A program made the translations under genes and the position numbers. DNA of 64,000 nt from Octopus vulgaris (taxonomy: Eukaryota), in contig OX597822.1 of NCBI GenBank assembly GCA_951406725.2, positions 66,092,001 through 66,156,000 on the forward strand, given 5' to 3'. Below, piece by piece: positions 55,128 to 64,000 of the stretch. Within the stretch, counting starts at the first letter, position 1. Every line of letters begins with the position of its first letter. The notes beneath the pieces are model-generated. The model saw nothing but the letters and a program-made list of their open reading frames with translations, did no database searches and was not told the DNA's origin.

Positions 55128-55937
55128 CTGACATATATATTTGTATATATATATAGGTCAAACAACAAAATTATGAATGTGTATTCTCATTTCATGCCCA
55201 ATTTCTCAACAGAATGTGAGCTATATCTCTGCTGACACCATTAGATGTCGATGTTACAGATACAGATACTACTTTTCCGTGTATAATTATACAGGTATGA
55301 GTGAAAGCAGAACACATCCAAATTTAAAATCAACCATATCAAAAACAAAAAACAAAAAAAAAAGAGAAATATATAACATAAAAACAACGCTACAGAAATT
55401 TGTAGCTTCCCATATGTCAGAATAAAATCTAATTTGGTTTCCATGTATACCTGGTGGTGAACTTGTTATTGTTTGTAATCAAAACCAGTGCAGTCATAGA
55501 TTATAGCACTGTATGTTTGGTACTTCGCTTCAGGAACTGTGTTTGGAAAACACAAGAAAAGTATGTTGTGTTTTCTCTTACATGAAATATATTTAGTCTT
55601 TGGTTTTTGTTAGGTTATGTTTAGAAGATGTCTTATCTGCGTGTGCTCCGTGTATATCCTGTATGGTGTAGTCTGATGAACAGTTTAAACTGTGGAGAGG
55701 CGCCGTGGGAGTTACTGTCAGGTTCTGTATTCTCCAATCGTCTGAAACATTAGCTTAGGGGAAAAGCAGAAGATGTAAACACCCCATCAGTTACACTATT
55801 TAGAAACTCCACCAATCTCCAACATTATTTTGACCCCGAAAACGCGAGTCTATTTTGTTAACGCATCGATTCAAGCGTGTACAACTTATATGCATGCATA
55901 TACGTGTATATGTATACCAGCGCACACGCACACAAAT

Positions 55938-55971
<34 letters not shown>

Positions 55972-55972
<1 letters not shown>

Positions 55973-56344
55973 CTCTTTTACCTATTTACTTGTTTCAGTC
56001 ATTTTACTGCGGCCTTGCTGGGGCACCGCCTTTAGTCGAGCAAATCGACCCCAGGACTTATTCTTTGTAAGCCTAGTACTTATTCTATCGGGGACGTAAA
56101 CGCACCAGCATCGGTTGTCAAGTGATGTTGTGGGGACAAACACAGACACACACATACACACATATATATATACATATATACGACGGGCTTCTTTCAGTTT
56201 CCGTCTACCAAATCCACTCACAAGGCTTTAGTCGGCCCGAGGCTATAGTAGAAGACACTTGCCTAAGGTGCCACGCAGTGGGACTGAACCCGGAACCATG
56301 TGGTTGGTAAGCAAGCTACGTACCACACAGCCACTCCTGCGCCT
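55972..56344 (-). mobile_element. SINE family A, young near-full copy
   Basis: Close match to the other copies; small internal deletion. Confidence 0.92.
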
Positions 56345-56489
56345 ATAATTATATATGTATTAATATATAATTCATAGAGTCTATGTATAAACATATACAA
56401 ATATATATATATATATATATAGATAGATAGATGAGAAAGTTGGTTTGTGAAAGCACGTGGTTGAATATATTTTTTCACTTTTTACTATT

Positions 56490-56537
<48 letters not shown>

Positions 56538-56899
56538 TTATATATATATATTTGCATGGGTGGGTGCGTGTTGTGTAAATTTTATACATATCCACTGTTA
56601 TTAATAAGATATTATTTGGTTTCTTAAATGCACGGCGGAGTTTACCTTTGTGGGAGAATGTTCTGTGAATATATTGAGAGAAAGTTTATACGAGATTTAT
56701 AAGTTTGTATAAAGATTTGAAAAAAAATGAAAAGGAAAGAAAGATACATGCTCATTACTCGATGTCATGTGTCAGGAACACTGAGCACAATAACAATGGA
56801 AGAAGAAAACCATGATATTTGGAATTGAATCATTTGAAGTATTGGAATACCTAGGGTTCTTGATTTTATGACCGATATGTTCGGTCTGTAGCTAGTTAC

Positions 56900-58050
56900 A
56901 AATATCAACTTCATAAGACCAATTTTCAGAATTCTTCGTCCGGTTTATGACATACATTCCTTTTGTTGGAAGTTTTTCTCGCCTGGTTTAATCTATCTGC
57001 CACTAACCTCGTGGTAGCAACACCTGGAATTTCCACTATCTTCTTTGTCACCCAAATTTATAAAACAAACAATCGTCCCTTCCCAAACAAACTTCTCTCT
57101 GCGTAGACAAAATTGTATCGCAATTCGTCTCCGCCATACCCATATGTGTATAATATGCTCTTACTTCTTCAACGCTTTTCCTTTTCCGCATAGGTGCCTT
57201 AAGATCTTTTTCAGTATGGACATTCAATTATTCTATTCAGTCACAAATTTAACCGATCATAGACCGTCGTTTCCTATTCGTGCATAGATTTACTACATTT
57301 CTCGGCTTGGCTAAACTCATCCCTAACGTTAAATGGTTTTCCTACGTAGAGATTGATACGTGCAAAGCAGCAGGGTCGCTTTTGGGACCAAAGTAGGAGA
57401 GAGTTATGGAAACATCTTTCTAGGCTACACCAAGGAGTAAAAAAAAAGTCACACTTTTCAAGCCTAGCCTGGCTCATGGGCCCGGTTTCCCGGTTTCTGT
57501 GGTGTATGTGTTTCCCCCCACCCTCCAGCTGGACGGGACGCCAGTCCATCGTAGCGATACTCAAGAAACAGGAAGAGAGAGTGAGAGAAAGTTGTGGCGA
57601 AAGAGTACAACAGGGGTCGCCACCACCCTCTGTCGGAGCCTCGTGGAGCTTTTAGGTGTTTTCGCTCAATAAACGCGCATAACGCCCGGTCTGGGAATCG
57701 AAACTGCGATCCTCCGACCGCGAGTCCGCTGCCCTAACCACTGGACCATTGTGCCTCCACACCAAGGAGTAAACCCTCGTTCAATTCACAGGAGCATGAT
57801 AGTCATTATATTCACGATTGCCTTGGTGCTGTCATCTTCACCAGACAACAGCTTGAAGGGTTCATTACTATTATTAATACTTTTGACCCCAACTTGGAAT
57901 TTACGATCATCTTATTCCACAACTACACAAGTTTTCTCGACATCTTCATCACTGGCATTCAATACCCACCTGTCTACATCTAACCACTAAAAGTCTGCCA
58001 AGTAAATCTGCCATTTACCCTATTCTTCCGGTTTCGTCGACACATTGAAA
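56900..58050 (-). mobile_element. Highly decayed LINE (RTE-like) endonuclease region, interrupted by SINE D
   Basis: Fragmentary minus-strand peptides resembling GVGI, DFNGHVG, KKKEHLITY..GG and VIPG..HRLV; weak. Confidence 0.4.
57442..57758 (-). mobile_element. tRNA-derived SINE family D with 15-bp target-site duplication
   Basis: A box TGGTCCAGTGG and B box GTTTCGATTCC; TSD ACACCAAGGAGTAAA at 57427-57441 and 57759-57773; 3' domain CGATGGACTGGCGTCCCGTCCAG resembles the V-SINE domain (from memory). Confidence 0.92.
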
Positions 58051-58324
58051 TTCGGATTTCAAAACACACCCAGACACATATCGACATTTTTCGTCTATTG
58101 AGATTACCCTTCATCGATTGTTCAATTTCTACCGAGCTCAATTATATCTTATAGGATCAGACAAGTACTAAGAGGTGCAGTAATGTTTGACTACTTGTCT
58201 TGTGTCTTACCATGACTAAGGATTGCACATATCCTTTTTAGATAACTTTTGGTGTTGCTGAGCTCCGGATTAGTCTTTAACTAGAAACCCTGTCTCAAAA
58301 AGCATTTGTTTCTGGATCTATATT

Positions 58325-58507
58325 TACAGTTCTATATTTAAGAGATGGGGAATTATGTACATGATTTACATTATTTACATTCGACGGATATCTGTCCTCA
58401 TCTTGTCTGTGTTAAAACGTTCCAGCCTTCATCAGGTGTCTTGGGGATATTCACACCTGGGTTCTAATTCCTAAGGTATTTTTTGATGTTATTATTATTA
58501 TTATTAA

Positions 58508-58556
<49 letters not shown>

Positions 58557-58671
58557 GTTATTATTATTATTATTATTATCATTATTATTACTATTGTTCA
58601 GGTCACTGCTTGGAATCGAACTCGGAATCTTGGAGTTAGTTGCCCGCGCTCTTAACCTCTACGCTATATGC
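58325..58671 (-). mobile_element. SINE family E: tRNA head, (TAA)n and hammerhead-bearing 3' region
   Basis: Minus strand A box TAGCGTAGAGGTTA (58653-58666), B box GAGTTCGATTCC (58612-58623), (TAA)n, then GACAC-CTGATGA-AGGCTG. Confidence 0.8.
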
Positions 58672-59179
58672 ATTCGTTTCTGTTGTAGCCATTCCCTAAT
58701 TTTAGGGTTGCCTAGAAATAAACTCCTTTTGTTATGTGTCTATCTTGAACTGTAAGGTGTGAATTAAAAGAATTCGGCTGCTATTTCTAGCAAGTGTATG
58801 ACCATGTAAGGGTGCCTACATTGGCTGTGCTTAGTAAATGTATCGATTAGTTATTTGGAGCTATTGATATCTTCGAGGTTATAACCTGCTTTAAATAAGT
58901 TACTTCACACAGAAAACTGCATTTGATCATAAACAATTATATCATCGGAAAGTTCTTCGTGACTATATTCATTATACTTTAGACTAAATAGACCATGTTA
59001 TAAACTCTAAGTGTATATAGGTCTGGGTTATAACTAATCTTTAAGAAGAACCTGCATATAAAATTAATGAACCATTCAAAAGTAAGGAGGAAAGCTGTGT
59101 TTAATTTGACAACTGCATTACAAAGATATATCTTGAAAGCCAGAAAACTGCTTATTCTCACCAGTGATCAAGTGATTTC

Positions 59180-59570
59180 ACAACGAAATGCTGATAACTC
59201 ATCAGCAACAGCGTTGCACTAAACTCAACAAATTCCACGAACATATCCTCGGTGTTATTCTGCTGACTGGGAAAATAATTACTAACGAACACGTTCCAGA
59301 CTCAAGTCGACGGAAATTCTATTTATATTACAACGGCTTCTGCTCGCTCCTCAGATATATCTTTCTGCATATTATCTTCACTCAAGCTTCTCTGTCAGAA
59401 TTTCCACTCAAGCCTCGCTAACAGAATCTCCAATCTTTTCGTGACTCATTCTATGTTTCTAAACTTTGGCTTACAAATATATCAGCGGCAGCCAACTGAC
59501 ATGTCCAGAGGGACTAGAGGGGACTAGAGGGCGACGTATTGGAGAGGGCCTATACAAATGGAAGGATACA
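59180..59570 (+). mobile_element. Decayed RTE-like LINE 3' fragment
   Basis: KLNKFH..HILGVI..KIITNEHV resembles the RTE RT C-terminus; heavily degraded. Confidence 0.45.
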
Positions 59571-59583
59571 CACAATTGCTTCA

Positions 59584-59805
59584 TAGTTGGGTGTGCTGAA
59601 AGATTCCTAGCTTTGAGTAAAAGAAAGCATAGGAGGATCAGTAAATTATGATTTTATTCAACATATTTTCCTTTCAGTCTAACACATTTTATTGCAGTCG
59701 TCTGTTAGCTTCTTTAAGCCCTGTAAAAGAATTCGGAAAGTTGGGCGTCCAACCAGGCCTTTGGCATTACCCTTAAAGCCAGGAACTTTTCAGCATCTAT
59801 TCGTT
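59584..59805 (-). mobile_element. Mariner-derived MITE retaining the transposase C-terminal tip
   Basis: TIRs GTGCTGAAAGATTCCTAGCTTT / AAAGCCAGGAACTTTTCAGCAT; minus strand GLKKL..CNK....YVE* remnant. Confidence 0.75.
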
Positions 59806-60807
59806 TATATCTATAATATATTGTCTTCCATAAATTACATCATGAAATTTTGCCTAATTATTTGTGTGTGTATGTGTGTGTGTGTGTTTCCCACTTCAGA
59901 CTAATCAATGTAAACGGGGCGAAGAGGAATTAATTAGCCCCAAATATACTTGTTTATTCTTTGAGAAACTCAAAAAGAGAGTCTTTTAAAACGTACGAAC
60001 ATCCACGTTTACAGGGAAGTCTTTTGTTCAACTTTTCTGTAACGTGTGAGTGATTTCGAAATCGTAATACCAACAGATTAGATCTCTGACATCTTTTAAC
60101 ATTTAATGTCTTGTAAAGGTTGCGTCCAAGTGGTGAAAGAAGAACAGGTACACAGAAACGTTTTGACAGCAAACAATCAGCATTGATTTCACATAACACT
60201 GGTATTAACTAAGAGTACGATCAGACAAATGATGCGTTCCACTAGTAGGATATTATACGGCCCTTTAGAAAGCGTTTGACTGTAGGATGAAAGCAGTTTC
60301 TCAAAGGGCAGTGAACTAAAAATTGACTAGGGGCTAAGTGAAACCATCAAATGTGAAAACCATCGAAACCATTCATTTCGTTTGTTGATATAACATTTGG
60401 AAGGATACAAGATACAGAGTAGAAATCACCGGTACCGGAAGAGAAAATTGGGATGTACATGGAGCTATCCCAGGCCCGTTGATCGAAACTGAATCTGTGC
60501 AGCAAGGATTGAGAGGTAAAGTCATCATTGGCTGTGAAATAGATGGCAACTATCGCATTGAACGAAAAATCATGAACAAGTGTGACGAAAAGAGGGAGGA
60601 AGGGAGAAAGGGAAAGAGAAAAAGAGACAAAGACGAAACGATATAGCTAGGTAGATGCACACACATATACACAAATAACTACATAAGCAGTCAGTAGAAG
60701 CAGTAGTAGTAGCAGCAGCAGCAACAGTTGTAGTAGTAATAGTAGAGAGAGAGAGAGAGAGTGCAAAGATGTATAAGTAAATATGTGTGCGTATGTGACA
60801 AAGTTTG

Positions 60808-60946
<139 letters not shown>

Positions 60947-61599
60947 GTACATGAGCAATTGTAGGCAAATACATACACCTACATACGCACCTTTACTGCG
61001 GTCACAGACGTGTGAACATGCCTGTGACAATGGCTGCGGTCAGGATGCCGATATGATTACAGCGTCTCTGGTGACTCAGGTTAAAACAGAAATTATTCAT
61101 TAATAAATTGAACCTATCCAAAAGATTATAGATGGAACCAACGTCCGGCAATCGTGTCTAGCTGCTTGCTAGTGCAGCTACTGCTGCTTATTTATATATT
61201 TATCTTTTTGCTTATTTGTTTATTCTTACCCATTTACCCCCACAAAGGACTGAGCGGAAATCTTTGAAGTAGAAACTATTCACAATCACATCCATACACA
61301 TTCACCTACGCTCATACTCGTGCGTATGTTTATATACGGAGACGGGTAGTCATATGTGACTGGTCGTGCATATATATATATAATTATATGTATGAATCGA
61401 TGTAAGGATATCGATGTATTTTACATTTCTTTTAGCAGTTTATTTTATGCTTTTATACCATCTATATCTCTGATGCAGATACAGGTCTCTCTTTCTCTCT
61501 CTTTCCCCCTCTCTCTGCTGGTACCTTTATCTTTATATATGTGCCGATGTTCTGTCTATCTATCTATTTATCTATCCATCTCTCTATCTATATATCACA

Positions 61600-61634
<35 letters not shown>

Positions 61635-61649
61635 ATTATGTATATATAC

Positions 61650-61862
61650 CCTTTTACTCTTTTACTCTTTTATTTGTTTCAGTCATTTGACTGTGGCCAT
61701 GCTGGAGCACCGCATTTAGTCGAGCAAATCGACCCCAGGACTTATTCTTTGTAAACCTGGTACTTATACTATCGGTCGCTTTTGCTGAACCGCTAGTTTA
61801 CGGGGACGCAAACACACCAGCATCGTTGTCAAGCGATGTTGTGGGGACAAACACAGACGCAT

Positions 61863-61945
<83 letters not shown>

Positions 61946-62103
61946 CGACGGGCTTCTTTCAGTTTCCGTGTACCAAATCCACTCACAAGGCTTTGGTCGG
62001 CCCGCGGCTATGGTAGAAGACACTTGCCCAATGTGCCACGCAGTGGGACTGAGCTCGGAACCATGTGGTTCGTAAGCAAGCTACTTACCACACAGCCACT
62101 GCT
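61650..62103 (-). mobile_element. SINE family A
   Basis: Full tail-body-head with expanded internal (CA)n(TA)n. Confidence 0.92.
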
Positions 62104-62937
62104 ACTGATATATGTATATATATATTCGCACATAAATACTGCGCGTGTCTGTGTGTAGGTGATATCTTCGATGCTAATAATAACTGCAGTATACTACCAG
62201 ATTTTTTCAAGAGTATTATAAAAGTTAAAATTTCAAAGCAAACTTAAACTGAATTCATAATTCGGAAAGCTCAAACGTACGCTTTACCACCTTTAGTGCT
62301 TTCAATATATGTTCTCACTTGTCAAATGAGATAAAATTTGATCTAAAGATAAATCGTAAAAAATATAACACGTATACAACATATCATTAGTCTTTGTCAT
62401 AGTGTTCTCACCTCTAATACACCTATTGATTGGTCAAAATTGTGATGACGTCATCTATAAAATCAAGCAATCAAAACCCAATCGTTAATACGTCCTGGAT
62501 AATTGTACAATTAAGCCTATCGGTCGAAGGGAAAGGTGTGATTTATTTATTGCTGTCAATCCAACGCGTATATATATAAGCGTGTATGCATATGCAAAAA
62601 AAAAACAACATATGTACCTGTGTATGTGTATATGTACGTACGTATGCGTACGTATGTACGTATGTGTGTGTATATAGTTGTTTAGTTAGTCAGTTTGTAC
62701 GTATTTATGGCTGTGTAAGTGTTTCTATTTTCCAGTATTGCTGAAATTATCGACAGGATAACGAATATTATATCCGTGAAATTAATGAATCATACTGAAA
62801 TTATCTATCCATAACTTTTCACTCTCTTTCACCTTCTCCTTCTCTCCTTCTCTCTCTCTCTCTCTCTCTCTCCGTTCAAAGAAACCCCCCGCCACACGCA
62901 TATATATGCATGCAGTGTATCTGATTGTGTGTCTGTA

Positions 62938-63359
62938 TTTCTTATTCCTTTACTGCCCACAATGCGCTACACACACAGGGAACAAACAAGGACAGACAAA
63001 CGGGTTAAGTCTATAATATCGACGCCAGTGCGCTACTGGTACTTATTTAAACGACCCCGAAAGGATGAAAGGCAAAGTCGACCTCGGAGGAATTTGAACT
63101 CAGAACGTAGCGGCAGACGAAATACCTATTTCTTTACTACCCACAAGGGGCTAAACATAGAGGGGACAAACAATGACAGACAAACGGATTAAGTCGATTA
63201 TGTCGACCCCAGTGCATAACTGGTACTTATTTAATCGACCCCGAAAGGATGAAAGGCAAAGTCGACCTCGGCGGAATTTGAACAAAGAACGTAACGGCAG
63301 ACGAAATACGGCTAAGCATTTCGCCTGGCGTGCTAACGTTTCTGCCAGCTCGCCGCCTT
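62938..63359 (-). mobile_element. SINE family B dimer plus the start of a third unit
   Basis: Complete head AAGGCGGCGAGCTGGCAG; junctions AAATA|GGTATTTC and AATA|AGAAA. Confidence 0.9.
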
Positions 63360-64000
63360 ATATGTGTGTCTGTATTTCTCTTTGTGTGTGAGTGTATGCG
63401 CGTGTATGCGTATGTGTGTTGTGTACGCACGCGTTTGTGTGTGAGTGTAATGTTATTTATACTATTTAAATCTACAGCAAGCGTTACTCTAAATTTCTAA
63501 TGAGCAGCCTTCAAGAAATTCAGACTACGCATTATTGATTTTCATATTCTAATGAAGTAATCTTCTCTCCATCATGTATTGAGTAATTAGATTCTCACAT
63601 GTAAAGGTATATAGATGTACGGAGGTCTTACTCTCCGTTTGTCTTTTTATACGTATCCATTTGTAGAATATATCAATTTATAGAATATCTTTACGTATAA
63701 ACTTGACATGGGCGATTTTTTCTTGTCTTGGGATTCAAGGTGAAACGGCTGGGTGGAAATGCGCGAAAAATTACAGAGATGTGTAGAATGATCCGGTGGT
63801 GATACTGGGCTTTGTATGTTTTTTAGTAGCTCCCATGGTTACCGAGATAATCTACTATAATAATACTCTTGTGTTTATGAATGAGACAGGAAGGTGTGAT
63901 AAATGAATAATGAAAGACGGGGTGATGTCATACTTCGTAATGGGATGATGAAAATTGTACGCTGAAAAATAAATCAAGGAGTGTTTCAACTCTGTGTGAA

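Noticed and set aside
55665-55760. CTGATGAA...TCTGAAAC hammerhead candidate
   Set aside because: No stem I partner and no convincing stem III or cleavage triplet.
57680-57758. tRNA gene candidates (also 58600-58671, 24625-24680 and SINE A heads)
   Set aside because: They lack complete cloverleaf or acceptor stems and are fused to repeat bodies, one with a TSD, so they are SINE heads.

Overview
AT-rich, microsatellite-saturated eukaryotic non-coding DNA. The SINE repertoire and the (TA)n/(CA)n/(GATA)n density point to an octopus (coleoid cephalopod) genome; this is an inference. No intact protein-coding gene, rRNA, true tRNA gene or CRISPR array is supported, and nearly all listed ORFs are translated simple repeats. 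The window is a transposon graveyard: at least five tRNA-derived or SINE-like families (working names A-E), a near-complete decayed mariner plus a fragment and two mariner MITEs, a Penelope-like RT/GIY-YIG fossil, two CR1-like LINE fragments, probable RTE remnants, a non-autonomous Helitron and the 3' end of a HERO-like (RLE) non-LTR retrotransposon. The most interesting signal is RNA-structural: about ten hammerhead-ribozyme (HHR)-like motifs from several unrelated repeat families. They include a rearranged (non-circularly permuted) HHR candidate in the HERO 3' UTR, an inverted pair with a G3-C8 swapped core, an A3-U8 variant, an A6U family and a tRNA-headed SINE carrying an HHR. All pairings and family names were worked out by eye and are untested.
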